From Stegostoma tigrinum (Eukaryota): DNA of 64,000 nt. Positions within the stretch are counted from its first letter, which is position 1; each line of letters opens with the position of its first letter. Below, piece by piece: positions 43,870 through 58,312 of the stretch. Where the stretch lies: the NCBI RefSeq assembly GCF_030684315.1, contig NC_081392.1:806001-870000 (forward strand), read 5' to 3'. Position numbers and translations under genes: made by a program. The notes under the pieces were generated by a model. The model did no database searches. It was not told the DNA's origin and worked only from the letters and a program-made list of their open reading frames with translations.

Positions 43870-46800
43870 TTGGCATTTCCCAGGGAGGTGTAAAAGGAAA
43901 AGGATTATAGTTGCAGAGAATTTCAACTTTCCTAACATTAACTGGGACCATCTGAGGGTAAAAGGATTAGATGGGATGGAATTTTTTTCAGTGCATCCAG
44001 GGAAACACTTTGTGCCAGTGTGAGATAGTCCTACTACAGATGGATGCAGTTGTGGTTGTCACTCTATAGGAATGTTGTGGAAGTTTTGGAGAGAGGACAA
44101 AAGAAGTTTACCAAGATGTCGACTGGATTGGAGTGTGTGAGCTATAAGCAGGTGTTGGACAAGCTTGGATTCTTCTTGCTAGAGCATCAGTGGCTGAGGG
44201 ACAACCTGATAAAAGTGTATAAAATTATGATGGAGGTAGATAGGGTCAATAATTGGAGTCTCTTTCCAGTTGAGAAACTTCAAATACAAGGGAGCATAGG
44301 TTTAAGGAGAGGGGAAAAGTTTAAAGGAGATGTACAAGGAATTTTTTTGCACAGAGTGTGGTGGGTGCCAGTCCCTACAGTGATAGAAGCAGATGTGATA
44401 CCAATGTTTAAGAGGCTTTTAGATAGACGCATGAACAGGCAAGCAATAGAGGGAAAAAGACAATGTGCAGGCAGATGAGATTCATTTCAAATGGCATCAT
44501 GGTTGGCACAGACATGATGGGCCAAAGGTCCAGTTTCTGTGCTGTACTATTCTATATAGTATGTTATTAATATTGAAAGAGAAAGACCTATTACAGGTTA
44601 ACAGGACAATCTGTCCATGGAGCCAAAGATGAATATTTAAAATTTGTATTCACAAAGGAGAGAGATTGTCACTAGAGATCTCAGTTGGGATGTTGAAGTT
44701 CTAGAGCTTGTTAACATTGATAAGGAGGAGGTTTTGGATGTTTTCGAGGACATAAAAGTGCATTAATCCCAAGGGCCTGATGAGATCTATCTGATGGGAG
44801 ACAGGGAAGATACTGCTTAGGCTCTGGAGGAGATATTTAATACTTCTGAGGAAAGGTCACCAGATCCAAAACATTAGCTCCAATTTCTCTTCACAGATGC
44901 TGCCAGACCTGCTGAGCTTTTCCAGCAACTCCTGTTATGTTTCTGATTTACAACACCACAGTTCTTTCGGTTTTTACATTTAATATTTCACTGACCACAG
45001 GTGTAACCATCATTGAATCCCCAACTATCAACATCCTTGGGTTATCATTGCCCATAGAGTCAATGGACTCACCACATAAATAAAGTGGCTACAAGACCAG
45101 ATGAGAGGCTAGGAATACTGTGGTGAGTAACTCACCTTCTGACTTCCCAAAGCCTGTCCATCTACAAGGCATGAGTCAAGGGTGTGATGTAATACTCCTG
45201 GCTTGCCTCATGAGTTCAGCCCCAACAACACTCAAAAAGCTTGGCACCACCCAGGGCAAAGCAGCCTGCTTGATTGGCACTGCATCCACAAGCATCCACT
45301 CCTCCACCACCGACAGTCAGTAGCAGCAGTGTGTACTATCTAGAAGATGCGCTGCAGAAATTCACCAAAGATGCTCAGCAGCATCTTCCAAATCCATGAC
45401 CTCTTCTATCTAAAAGGACAAGGGCAGCAGATATATGGGAACACCACCCCCTTTAAGTTACCAAGGCACTCACCATCCTGACTTGGAAATATCTGCTGTT
45501 CCTTCATTATTGAAAGGTCAAAATCCTGAAATTGCCTCCCTAATGGCATTGTGGGTCAACCCACAGTAGGTGGACTGCATCAATTCAAGAAGGCAGTTCA
45601 CCATCACCTTGTGAAGGACAGTTAAGGCAGGGCAATAAATGCTGGCTAGCCAACGACATTCACATCCCATAAATGAATAATCAAAAAAAAATGTGAAGTG
45701 CTAGATGATTGGAGGATAGATTTATACCTCATTTACAGCATCTGCACTTCTTTCAGTTTTTATTTAGCTTTCTTCAAGATGTGTAGCAATTAATTACAGA
45801 CCAGTTAGTCTGATGTCAGAGGTAGAGAAATTATTGGAAAAAGTTCTGAGCACCTGAATTAATCAATACTTGGGATTGATCAGGAATATTCAGCACAGAT
45901 TTGTTGGTAGGAGATCCTGCCTGACTAATTGACTTGAGTTTTTTTTAAATGTATTGATGAGGCCCATGCAGCTAATGTGGTTTATTGGATTTCAGTATGG
46001 CTTTTGACAAGATTCCACATGAACGGCTGGTCAAAAAGATAAGAACCTGTGAGATCCAAGCCAAGTTTGCAAATTGGATCTAAAATTGGCTTGCGAATAG
46101 TAAAGTAAACAGTGATGGTGGAGGGTTATTTTATGATTGGAAGATTGTAACTAGTGCTGTACCACGGAGATCAGTGGTGGGATGCTTGATGTTTGTTATG
46201 CACATCAACAACTTAGATGTGAATGTAGAAGGTGTAAATAGTAAATTTGCAGATAACACAAAAATTGGTGGCATTGTTAGTAATGAGGTGAATGGTCTCA
46301 GGCAACAGTCTGATATTGATCACCTGGGAAAATGGGTAGAGCAATAGCAGATGGAATTTAATTCTGATAAACATGAGGTAATGCATTTTGGGAGGTCTAA
46401 CATGGGAAGGATATGCGCAATGAATGGTAGGTTCATATGGAGGACGAAGAAACAAATGGACATTGGTGTATTAATCCATAGATCCCTAAAGGTGTCAGAG
46501 GTGGACCGGGTAGTGAAGAAGGCATACAGGATGCTTGTCTTCATTAGCTGGGGTGAAGAATACAGGAGCAAGGAAGTCTTGTTATAGCTTTATAAAACGC
46601 TGGATAGGCACAGATGGAATACTTTATGTACTTCAGGTTGCCAGACTATCGGAATGACATGGCTGCACAAGAGATGGTGCAGAGGAGATTTATGAGGATG
46701 TTGCCTGGATTGAAAATCTCAGTTATGAGGAGAGATAGATTAGGCTCTTTTTATATTCCCTGGAGCAGATGAGGCTGAGGGGGGAGCCTGATTGCAGTAT

Positions 46801-47100
46801 ACAGAATTTCAAGAGGAATAGCCTGGGTAGATTGTGAGAATATTTTTTCCTTTGGTAGATGTGCCTAAGACAAGAGGACATAAGTTTAAGTTGAGGAGGG
46901 AATGGTTTCGAGAGAATCTGAAGAAAGATTGTTAGAAATATAGAACTTGCTACTTGAAAGGATGATGGAGGCAGGAACGCTTGCAACATTTAAGAAATAT
47001 CTGAGCGAGCAAATAAAATGCCAAGGTACAGTAAGTTACAGACCAAGTGCAGATAACTGGAATTAATATAATTTGATGTTTACACGTCAACATAGACTTG
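43870..47100 (+). mobile_element. Fragmented CR1-type LINE(s) with nested elements
   Basis: LERGQKKFTKM…LE (44044-44478 ORF), AFDKIPH, KFADNTKIGG and MEFNSDKHEVMHFG. Confidence 0.75.
44998..45690 (+). mobile_element. CR1/L2-group LINE 3' end
   Basis: MSSAPTTLKKLGTTQGKAACLIG, with tail ggcaataaatgctggctagccaacgacattcacatcccataaatgaataatcaaaaaaaa. Confidence 0.7.
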
Positions 47101-47109
47101 GTGCACCAA

Positions 47110-49490
47110 ACATTCGTCCAACCTCTTATAATGCACTCCAATCCAGGCAACAGCCTGGTAAACCACTTTTGTAACCCCTCCAAAGCCTTCACATCCTTTC
47201 TGTGGTGTGGCAACAAGATCTACTCACAAAAATCCAAATTCAGCCTAACCAAAGTTTTATGCAGTTACAACATGACTTCCAAAGTCATATTCAATGCCTG
47301 ACCGATGAAGGCAAGCATGCCATGTGCCATCTTTACCACTTTATCTCCCTGTGTTGCCACTTACTCAGAACAATAGACTTGTACCCCAAGATCCCTCTAT
47401 ATATCAATGCTCCTGAGGATCCTGCCATACTTTCCTCTAACATTTGCCCTCTCAAAATGCGTCACCTCACACTTGTTTGGATTAAGCTCCATCTGCCATT
47501 TCTCCAACCAAATTTCCAACTGATCTATATCCTTTGATAAGCCTCCTCACTATCCAAAACTCCATGAATTTTCATGTCATTTGCAAACTTACTGGTCATG
47601 CTACCTACATTTTCAAACAATTTATCGATATATATGTAACCAATAAGAGGTCCCAGTACTGATTCTTATGAAATATCATTGGTTAAGACCTCCAGTCAGA
47701 AAAGCATCCCTCCAGAACCACCCATGTTTTCAATGTTCAAGCCAATTTTGCATCCAATTTACCAACTCACATTGGATTTCATGTGACTTAATCTTCTGAA
47801 CCAGCCTGCCGCGAGGGACTTGATCAAATGCTTTAGCAAAGTCCACATAAACAACCTCTACTGCCGTACCCTCATCAGTCATTTTCATCACTACCTCAAA
47901 AAACTAAAATTTGTGAGACAAGGCCTCCCCCACACAAAGTCATGCTGACTATCCTAATAAGTCCGTTCTTTTCCGAATGTGAGTGAATCCTGTCCCAGAA
48001 TATTTTCTGCAATAATTTTGCTACCATTGATGTAAGGCTTACCAGCCTCTGATTTCCTAGATTATATCTTTTGCCATTCTTACAAAATGGAACAACATTG
48101 GCTATTATTCAATCTCCTGGGACCTCTGCTCTGGCTAAAGAGGATACAAAGATCTCTGTTAAGGCCCCAGCAATCTTCTCCTTTGCCTTCTTTGGTATCC
48201 TGGGGTAGATCTCATCAGGCTCTGGGCTAACACCTCCTCTTTCTAAATATCAACATGGTCTAGAATATCAACATACTCCTCCTGAACATTACCATCATCC
48301 ATGTCCTTCTCCTTGGTGAATATCGATATGAAGTACTTAATAAAAGTCTCATCACTTCCAGTAGCTCCCTCCATAAATGCCCTCCTTAGTTCTTGAGTGG
48401 ATCTATTATAGTTCCCCTAGATACTCTTTTGATCCTAACCTACACTAAAAGTTCCTTGGGATTCTGCTTAATTCTATGTGTCAATAATATTTCATGACCA
48501 TTTTATCCTTCCAAATTCCTTGTTTAAGTTCCTTTCTGCTCCCTTTATATTCCTCAGGGACCTTGTCTGATTTTAGTATTGTAAGCCTTATATATGCTTC
48601 TTTTTTCCTTTTTGTCTAAACTGTGAATGTTTCCTGACATTCAGGGTTCCTAAATCTTGCTATCCTTATCTTTCATTCTCACATGTTTATGCTGGTCCTG
48701 AACTTTCATCTCCTGACCTTTAAAAAATTCCCACATTTTAGAAGTGGAATAACCCTCAAGCAGTTGCCCCAATCTAATTTCTCCAGTTCCTGTCAAATAC
48801 TGTTGTAATTAGCCTTCTCCCAGTTTAGGACTTTCACCTGAGGACTAGCCTTATCCTTATCCATAACTTCAAGTTTATGGAATTTTGATCACCGATAACC
48901 TGGCAAGCCTCATTCCCCAACAAAAGGTCTAGTGTGTCTCCTTCTCTATTTAGACTATCAACAGGTTGATTCGAGAAACCCACTGAATGCACCCAATAAA
49001 CTCTGCCCTGTCCAAGTCCTTGACATTAAGGGCATCTTAGTCAATATTGGGGAAGTTAAAATCACTCACTCTAGCTCTGTTTTTACATCTTTCCATGACT
49101 CCTTACATATCTGTTCCTCTGTCTCCCACTAGCTGTTGGAAGACCTATTGTGTAAACCATCACAGCAATTACATGTTTCCTATTCCTGAATTCTACCCAT
49201 ACGGCCTTGCTAAATGAGCTCCCCCCCGCCAAGATGATCTCGCTTAGTGCAGCTGTGGCAATCTCCTTAATCAGTAATACAACATCCCCACTGCTTTACA
49301 TCTCTCTCTATCTTTCCTGAAAAATCTAAGTTGTGGAACTATCAGCTGCCAGTGCTACCTTTCTCTCAACCAAATTTTGATAATCACTACAACATTGTAG
49401 TCCCACATCCTAATCCAAGCTCCAAGTTCATCTGCCTTATCTGTTATACTCCTTGCAGTAAAATAAATACACTTCAGACTGCTAGTCCCA
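47110..49490 (-). mobile_element. CR1-type LINE ORF2 (APE + RT), decayed, convergent with the plus-strand CR1
   Basis: Minus ORFs YFTARSITDKADEL…WDYNVVVIIKIWL (APE start) and HHRKDVKALEGLQKWFTRLLPGL (C-terminus). Confidence 0.8.
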
Positions 49491-49589
49491 CTGTGTTTAA
49501 AACTGAAATTTGGCCTGAGGCTGGAGAAGTAGTACTGGGAACAAAGAAATGGCAGAGGAACTGAATGCATACTTTACATTGAGTCCTCA

Positions 49590-51030
49590 GCTAGGCACAC
49601 GGATACTGTGCTGGCCGTGGGAATATTCGCTGATATTTTTAACCTCTCCTTACTATGATCTGAAGTTCCCACCTGATTCAAGAAGACCACCATCATCCTA
49701 GTACCAAAGAAAAATCATGCAGCACACCTCAATGAGTACTACCCTGTGACTCTAGCCTCTATAATTATGAAGTGCTTTGAGAGATTAGTCATGGCTCACA
49801 TCAACACCAGATTGCCTTGAACCCTTGCAATTCACCTACCAGCACAACAAGTCGACAGCAGATGCCATTTTTCTGGCTCTACACTCATCCCTGGAACATC
49901 TGGATAACAAAGATGTCTATGTCAGGCTCCTACTTATTGACTGCAGCACCGCTTCAACACCATAATTCCAAACAAACTCATCACCAAACTCTGAGACCTA
50001 GGCTTCAGCTCCTCACTCCGTACCTGGATCTTCAACTTCCTGACGCATAGATCACAATCAGTAAGAAAAAGCGTCAATAGCTCCTCCATGATTATCCACT
50101 ACATCAGTGCCTCGCACAGTTGTGCAATCAGCCCGGTACTACTTATGCACTCACAACCTATTGGTCAAATTTCTCCCCAATTCCGTCTACAATTTTGCCG
50201 ACAACATCATCATTGTAGGCTGTAACTCAAATGAGACAGAGTACAGGAAAGAGATTGAGTGCTTAGCAGCATGGTATTAGGGCAACAATCTCTCCACCAA
50301 AATCAACAAAACAAAGCAGCTGGCCCATGACTTCCTAAAGCAGATGGGAGATAAATGCTTTTGTCTGCATCAGTGGTCCGGAGATAGAGGTGGCCAAGAG
50401 AGTCAGCTTCCTGGGAGTGATGACCGCCAACAATCTGTCATGGTCCACCCACGTCAACAACACAGTCATGAAAACTACTTCTCAGCAGGCTAAGGAATTC
50501 AGCAACACGACAAAGGCCCTTACCAATTTATATATATGTACCATTAAAAAAATCTATCTGGATGCAACATAGCATGCTACGGCAACTGCTCTTTCTAAGA
50601 TCGCAAGAAATTAGAGAGTCATGAACAAAACCTAGTCCATCATGCAATTCAACCTTCCATCCGTTGACTCCATTTATACTTCCCATTACCTGACGAAAGC
50701 AACCAACATAATCGAAGACCTCTTACTTCTCAATTATACTGTCTTTCACCTTTTTCCCTCAGGCAGAAAATATAAATGTTGAATACACATATGAGCAGAT
50801 TCAAGAACAGCTTCTTCACTGCTGTTATCAGACTTTTGAGTGGACCTCTGAAATGTTAATGTTGATTTCTCTCTCTGCACCTTCTCTGCAGCTGTAACAT
50901 TGTATTCTGCACTCTATTATGCTACCTTGATGCAATTTGTATGGTATGATCTGCCTATATAGCCTACAAAACAACATTTTTCACTGTATCTTGGTACATT
51001 TGACGACAATAAATCAAAATCAAATTCAAA
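49590..51030 (+). mobile_element. Rex1/Babar-type LINE (RT + 3' end) nested in a CR1
   Basis: [25 protein letters not shown]…[21 protein letters not shown] and FADN. Tail aataaatcaaaatcaaattcaaa. CR1 sequence flanks it at ~49508-49585 and ~51030-51595. Confidence 0.8.
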
Positions 51031-54000
51031 CATCAGTTTCCACAGCCGAAGACAGCAGCAGCATACCAGAACTTCAAGAGACAGGGGACAGAAGGGAGCA
51101 TACGGACCATCAATAAGAAGAAAGTGCTGGAGAATCTGAAGGTGGATAAATCTCCCAGATGAGTTCTGAAAGAGATAGCTAAGGAGATTATAAGGGCATT
51201 GGTGGTGATCTTTCAGGAATCATTGGCATCAGGGAGGGTCTCAGGGGTCTGGAAAATGGCTAATGTAGTATCCTGTCTCAAAATGGAGGGAGCCAGAAGA
51301 CAGAAGACTACAGGCCAATTAGCCCCAACCTCAATGGTTAGTAATATTTTAAAGTCCATTGTTAAGGATACGATCGAGGAGTACCTGGAGTATATGTTAA
51401 AATAGGGCTGAGTCAGCATGGCTTTGTCAAGGGAAGATCAATCTTAATAAATCTGTTATAATTCTTTGATTTATTTGTGACCACGTTCTACAAGGGAGGT
51501 CAGGAAATGTAATCTATTTGGATTTCCAGAAGGCATTTGAGAAAGTGCCAGAGAGAGGCTAAATAACATAAGAGCCCAAAGTAGTTGGGGGCAAGCTTGT
51601 GATGATGTTATGGCTTTAAGAAGCATGTTTTATCCTGGTTTCTTTTGCAGAGAGATTGTGGGACAGGTATCAAGCAGTCTGTGAGAAGATAAACAACTTG
51701 TGAGGCCTTGGAGTTTTTTAAAAGTTGGAACAATAGAAGCAGCCGTGATGGGGGTGGCTAGCTCTTGCAGACCAAGATTTCTAGTTTCTTTTTAGCTTTC
51801 AGATTCAGCAAACGCTCCAACATTTTGAAGAAGTAGATTTTTTTTTCTGTTTCTCAGTTACAGCTAGAAGCTGGGTTTCTCTTCCAACAGCAGATATTGC
51901 ACGTGAGAAAATCTGTTTACTGAATTTGTCTTTTTGCCAAAGGGTGTACTTAAGGGATATTACTACATTTGAAGAGTTAATCAGTAACAGTTAATGTATT
52001 TATTATTCTTTTAAGATTTTCAACAGAGTTAAGTTATTCTAAGTTCTTCTTTCTTTTGTTGCATTTTTAACTGTAGTTTTGAAATAAATCACATTTTGCT
52101 TAACATCAAGTTTGCCTGATCATTTGATCAGGCAAATTGGATAGGGAATACACCTATTTACACCTACATTTAAAATAAGAAAAAGTTAAGGTCTGGTACT
52201 ACTTTGTAAAAATATTTTGAAAGGATTTGGTCTGTTCCATAACAAACTGGGGACTCTTGTTGGGATCAAAATCTTTAATTCCAGGTTGGGTTTAGAATGA
52301 TTGGTCTCAAAGTCAGTGAGTTTTAAATGTTATGTCTTTTGTTATGGGTGTTGAATTTGGTTGATTTAAACAGGATGTGCCTTGCGTAGTAATGGCTGTT
52401 TCAGTCACTAAGATTTTCCTGGGGATGAAAGAAATCATGTTGGGAGCTTTATAGAAAGTGAGCAAGGCAGAGCTTTTGGAATTGGCAGATTGGCTGGAGT
52501 TGCAGTTGCTGTTTGTCTGTGCAGGCAGTAATTGTAGCAATAGCTTGACACTTACAATTGCCAGAAATGCCATCAGAATCTTTGGAAATGGCTAAAATTC
52601 AATTGCAAAAAAACAACTTGAATTAGAGACAAATGAAGAGGAAAGAATAGCCCTAGCAGAAGAAAAGCAGAAAGAGACAGAGTTTGAACTTCAAAAGTTG
52701 GCAAGTAGAGAGGAAAGTCGACTTAATAGGCTGGAGGTGCAGGTACTGATGATGACCAAACCCATTGTCGTTAAAAGTAAGGTGTGATCTGTTTAAATGT
52801 GTCCAAGTGTTGCCTTAATTTTGACAAGAAGGATGTAGATGCTTTTTCTTTTTTTTGAGAAAGTGGCTAGACAAATGAAATGGCTGGTGATCATGTGGGT
52901 ATTGTTGATCCAAACAAAGTTGGTTGGGAGACCTAATGAGGTATTTGCGTCACTATCAGAGAAACTATCTGGGAAGTATAAGGAGGTGAACAGAGCCATC
53001 TTAAGTACATATGAGATCGTTCCGGAAGCCTATAGGCAACATTTCAGAAATCCAAGAAGGACACTCATCACATGTACATTGAGTTTAAAAGGATCAAGCA
53101 CAAGTAATTTTGATAGGTGAATAAGTGTGTTGAAAATAGATCAAACATCTTAGAGAGACAATTATTTTGGAGGAGTTCAAAAGCTCTCTTTCTGAAGTAG
53201 TGAGAACTCATGTGGAAGAGCAAAAAGTTAGAACTGCAAGATTAGTAACCAATAATTATGAGTTGGTTAGTAAAGCAAAGTTTGGCTTCCAAAATCGATT
53301 TCAGTCTGTGGATAAATCCTCAGGTGGTAAGGGAAAAAGAGATCACATTGATGATAATAAAGATCGGTTACCATACAGTAAAAGGGAAACTTATGTGGGG
53401 TTAGAGTGATAAAAAAAGCTCAGGTATTTTCACTACAATAAAATAGGCCACAAAGAATTCAGAGTTTTAGTGGTTTTGAAAAAGGACTGTGAAGACAGAA
53501 GTGGGGAAATCAGGACAAGCCAATGAGTTTCATTGAAGTGTTCAAGGAAAGCGCAGTGGAAGTTGAAAAGCTGCACAAAAATGTGCAACCTGCTCAGGGG
53601 TTGGTTGAAAATAAAGTGCCAGATCTGCTTAAATAACTTACTCACGAGTGTAAGGTTTAGTCATATATGCCAGTAGGAGCAGGTAAAGAAATTAAAATTT
53701 TAAGAGATAAGACAGTATGTCAATTTTGATAGTGAGAGATGAGGAGATATGCAATTCAGAAACAGTACGGATGGAAAAAGTGGTAACAAATGGAATTCAT
53801 GTTGAGACAAGAAGTATAAGAATCCAAGAAGTAGAAGTATAAAGTGAGGTTGGAGAGTCCAGTGAAGAGTGGAGAAGTGGTGCTAGAAGTACAGGAGAAA
53901 CTCTCAGTTCTGGGATTGCAATTTGTCCTTGGTAATGACATAGCTGAATCAAAAGTGGGAGTGATACCTTCTGCGGTTGAAAAGCCAGTGGAAAATCAGG

Positions 54001-54099
54001 CAACTGAGGTACTACAGGAAGTATATCCTAGGATTTTTCCTAACTGGGTGGGAACAAGGTCACAAAGCAGGAGAAGAAATCAAATAATAAAGATAAGGA

Positions 54100-54410
54100 A
54101 TCACAGAATCCCCAAAGGGTGGAAACAGGCCATTCAGCCCAACAAGTCCACAATCGATCCTCCAAAGAGCACCCCACCCAGACCCTCCCCCTACCCTATC
54201 CCTATAACCCTGCATTAATTTAGCATGGCCAATCCACCTAACTTGCACATCTCTGGACTGCAGGAGGAAACCAGAGCACCCAGTGGAAACTCACACAGAC
54301 ACAGAGAGAACGTGCAAACTCAACACAGACAGTTGCCTGGGGCTGGAATCAATCCCAGTTCCCTGGTGCTGTGAGGCAAAAGTGCTAACCACTGAGCCAC
54401 CATATTACCC
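54100..54410 (-). mobile_element. V-SINE (HE1-like) tRNA-derived SINE nested in the Gmr1-like element
   Basis: Minus strand has a tRNA-like head (ggtggctcagtggttagcac), the V-domain gggtgctctggtttcctcc..cagtcca.agatgtgcaagttaggtggattggccatgctaaatt and a CR1-like tail. It is flanked by a gaatcaca direct repeat. Confidence 0.85.
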
Positions 54411-56490
54411 AAAGAATCACAATTGTCTGATATGGTGTTTGATCAAATGTTTGGGGGGAAAACAAACAGATTAGCTGGAGGACAAAGTGGATATTTTTAA
54501 TTCAGAGAAATTAACTGAATTACAACACAACGATGGAAAACCAATACAGTTGTATCAAGAAGCAGACACAAAAGAAGAAATGGAGTATATCCCAGAATGT
54601 TACTATCTTAAAAATTATGTCAGATGTAGAAATAGAGACCACCACACATTCAGGCAGACGAGAAATGGGCAGAAGTTCATCAAATTGGATTACTGGCGGG
54701 TTGTAGAAAGGACATGTATGGGTAGCACATGAATTACCATAAGGAGGCTATTCGGAAATAAGGAAAACTCAAGCTAAAATACAAAAATATTTTTATTGGC
54801 CTGGAATGCTTAAGGATATGGTTGATTTTTGCCAGACATGTCACCTATATCAGGTAATTGGAAAACATCAGGCAGAGATAAAACCAACATCTTTAATACC
54901 TATTCCCACATTTGAGGAACCTTTTATAATGGTCTTGATTGCGTAGAACAACTACCTAAAACATAAAGTGGGAATCAGTATTTCTTAAATGGGATGGATG
55001 TGTCCAAAGGATTCCAGAGGCCATTCCAATACACTGTATCATGACTAAAAGGATTGCAGAAGAGTTACTCAAAAATATTTTCTAGATACAAACTACTGTG
55101 GAGGTACTATCAGATCAAGGGTCAAATTTTACATCAAAATTCTTAAGGGAAGTTATGGATAGTTTAGGAATAAAACAATTCAAATCTACTGTGTACTATC
55201 CAGTGATATCAAACTTTATAGACAATGTTGCAGCTTGTTGTCAAGGGTATCCAGAGGATTGGGTTAAAAGAATTCCATTTGTACTTTTTATAATTAGAAA
55301 TGGACCAAATGAACCTACCAAATTTGGGCCATTTGAATTAGTTTTTGGGCATGTAGCTAGAGGACTGCTGAAATTAATTAAGGATAAATTAGAGTTCAGA
55401 AACCACATATTTAGTGTATGTGTCAAATTTTAGGGAAAGATTAAATAGAGTGGATAAGTTGGCTAGATAGCGTTTAAAAGTAAGAAAGCATGTAGTGAAA
55501 CAGAAATCAAAAATCAACAATTTTCTAGAGGAGATAAAGTGTTAGTGTTACTTCCGAAGGTAGATTAGATTAGATTAGATACCCTACAGTGTGGAAACAG
55601 GCCCTTCGTCCAACAAGTCCACACCGCCCCTAGGTAGGTGAACCTTTCAAGGTAAGGAACAAAAACAAAGTTGCTGGTAAATCTCAGCAGGTATCAATGA
55701 AGGAAAAACAGAGTTAATGTTTCGGGTCCAGTGACCCTTCCTCAAAAAGTAAGGTTTACTGGGGCCATATCAAATTGAAAGGAGAACAAGTGATGTGAAT
55801 TTTTTAATAAGAATGTCAGATAGAAAAAATCTCACAGAATGTGATGTCAATATGTTCAAAAGGTATTTTCATAGGGAAGGAACGCGAATAGTGAATGTGT
55901 TACTGATTACAACACAGACTGAATAACCAAGTTCAGATGATTCTGGATTGGACATTCTTCAAATTAAATTGGACAATAAGGACGTTCTTGAAAATTGGGA
56001 TAGATTGAGTTACCTTCCAGTGGAAAATTAAAATGATTTGAAAGAATTATCACAATCACATGGGGAGATTGTAGATGTAGGAAGTGCTATTCCAGTTAAG
56101 CAACATCCTTATAGACTTAACCGTATAAATTTAGCAATAAAAGAATTAGAATTAAAATTAGATTTATTGTCACATGTAGTCAAATAAGTACAGTTAAAAG
56201 TGTGCAAGTTGCTGCTTAAGATGCCATCTTAGAAACAAAGATTCCCAAATACAGCTTCTTCAGTGACAGTTCTTAGAAAAATAGAGAAGTAAAAAGTCCA
56301 GCATTGCAGATTTTAGAAATAAATTATAAAATGGAAGAAAAGAAAGTTCAGAACAATGATCTTCCAACACAGTCCATGTTGGCACCTAGCCTCCAAATCG
56401 CATTGATCCTTGACTGCAGGCCACACCGGGTTTCACCTCAGAGTTCATGAGATTGGGAGATCACTCTGGAATCACCTTGAGACGCTGAGG

Positions 56491-56660
56491 CCATGCCAGG
56501 CTGAGAGACTACCATATACTGCCAGAAGACCACCAAACTGTGTTGAGAGATTGCCATGCTGGGCCACTGAGAGATCACTATGCCAGGCCAAGAGGACACC
56601 ACACTGGACCAAGGGGACTCCATGCTGGGCCGGTAGACCACCACGCTGGAATGAGAGACA
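56491..56660 (+). repeat. Degenerate ~21-bp tandem repeat (~8 copies) within an insertion interrupting the Gmr1-like RT
   Basis: Units of the form ccatgc(c/t)(a/g)ggc..agagac.a. Confidence 0.7.
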
Positions 56661-56997
56661 GATTGAATGCATGGTTAATGACAACATAATCAAAATGAGT
56701 TGCAGCAGTTGGAACTCACTCATAGTAATGGTGCCAAAACTGGATGGCACTCAACAATTATGTGTGGCCTAGCACAAAATCTGATTCATATTCTATTTCA
56801 CCTTTGGAAGACTGTAATTAATGGGACAAGCAACTTCTATTTCTAAGTTAAACTACTACTACGGCAGGTACCTTTATCTGAAAAGTAAAGACAATTTTGT
56901 CTTCTGTGACACCAAATGGACTATACCAATTTTAAAAATGCACCAACCACATTTCAACAATGAGCCAATAAAGTCATTTCTGGATAACCCTGTTGTG

Positions 56998-57610
56998 TGG
57001 TGTACGAGAGGGCTAGAATACAAGAGCAGAGATGTAATGCTGAGGCTGTATAAGGCACTGGTCACACCACATTTGAAATATTGTGAGCAGTTTTGGGCCT
57101 GGTATCTCAGGAAGGATATGCTGGCATTGGAGATCCATAGAAGATTTACAAGAATGACCCTGGAGATGAAGGGATTGTAATAAAAGGAGCAGTTGAGGGC
57201 ACTGGGGTCTGTAATCAATAGAGTTGAGAAGGATGATGGGTGTGTAGCTGAAACTTACAAAATATTGAAAGGCTTAGATGGAGTGGACATGGAGAAAATG
57301 TTTCCACTAATAAGAAAGACAAGAATTTGAGGGCACAGCCTCAGTGTGAAAGAATTCACACCTTTCAAACTCTGATGAGGAGGAATTTCTTCAGCCAGAG
57401 GGTATCTAATTTGTTGGACTGATTGCTAAAAAATGCTGTGAAGACCAAGTCATGGACTGTATTTAGGCTAGAAATAGATAAGGCCTTGATTACTAAGGGG
57501 ATCAAGGGTTAAGGGGAGAAGGCAGTGGAAGGAGGTTGAGAAACATATCAGACTTGATCGGTGAGCCAAAGGGGCTAATTCTGATCCTATATCTTATGGT
57601 CTTATATTGC
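56998..57610 (+). mobile_element. CR1-type LINE 3' fragment
   Basis: RGLEYKSRDVMLRLYKALVTPHLKYCEQFW…RRFTRM, with tail atcttatggtcttat. Confidence 0.8.
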
Positions 57611-58268
57611 GATGTGGGAGAGAATGAAGTATGAACACCAATGCGCATCAATCTATTGCATTGATACCTATAGTATGGCAGCTGGTAATGCCACCCAACT
57701 GCATCAGCCCCACAATAGAATTCCTTGACTGCTGAAAGTCCCTTTGTGAATCCATGGGATGTCACACCTGTAGAGTGTCAGGGAAACTTCAAATAGAGAT
57801 TTAAAAGGAAGAGATGCAAGACAAAAATTTATTATCCCTCTAAGCAAGAAACCTAGTTCTAGTGGGTTATATCCTAGGCTGTGATTATGAGATGAAAGAT
57901 ATGTTAGTGTGTTGCCATCTTGGAAATGCACAAAAGCAGGATTTAAAAGTCCTAGTTTCATTGTGTTAGTGAGCTGATATTTTGATGTGGGCTAGGATCT
58001 TGTGAAGGTCAGAGTTTGAGGACAACCATTAGATACTCCTCCAAAGCAGGTGGAAGACTTTTTCACTTTGTGAGCTGGGAGCTCAGCAAGTCAGTGGGGT
58101 TACTGTCAATAAGAAAAATATGACAACTAATTTTCAGAGTCAAGACTCTTGAAATCAACTACTTCACTACCAACATTAGTGTAACATCCAACTTAATGAC
58201 TGCAATATTCCACGATCTAGTTTTCACCCAGAGACTGATTTGTAAATCTTTTTCACGGTAATTCTGTG

Positions 58269-58271
<3 letters not shown>

Positions 58272-58311
<40 letters not shown>
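58272..58311. repeat. (GT)n microsatellite, ~20 units, within an LTR-like segment (~57800-58544)
   Basis: Direct observation. The segment ends …cgtaaca-aactgg like the 52244 LTR end. Confidence 0.9.

Positions 58312-58312
<1 letters not shown>

Larger units (their letters stand above)
51598..56995 (+). mobile_element. Gmr1-like Gypsy LTR retrotransposon (5' LTR 51598-52244, SCAN-like gag, integrase upstream of RT), decayed with nested insertions
   Basis: TG…CA LTR followed by TGGGGACTCTTGTTGGGAT, resembling a tRNA-Pro PBS. Gag reads YKEVNRAILSTYEIVPEAYRQHFR and LEEFKSSL. Integrase YFYWPGM…CQTCH, PIPTFEEPF and SDQGSNFTS (54720-55430) precedes RT PVKQHPYR and SSWNSLIVMVPKLDG (56080-56990). Confidence 0.85.

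Noticed and set aside
54330-54410. tRNA gene
   Set aside because: It is the tRNA-derived head of a V-SINE. The same applies to tRNA-like heads near 3190-3250, 16355-16440 and 22228-22310.
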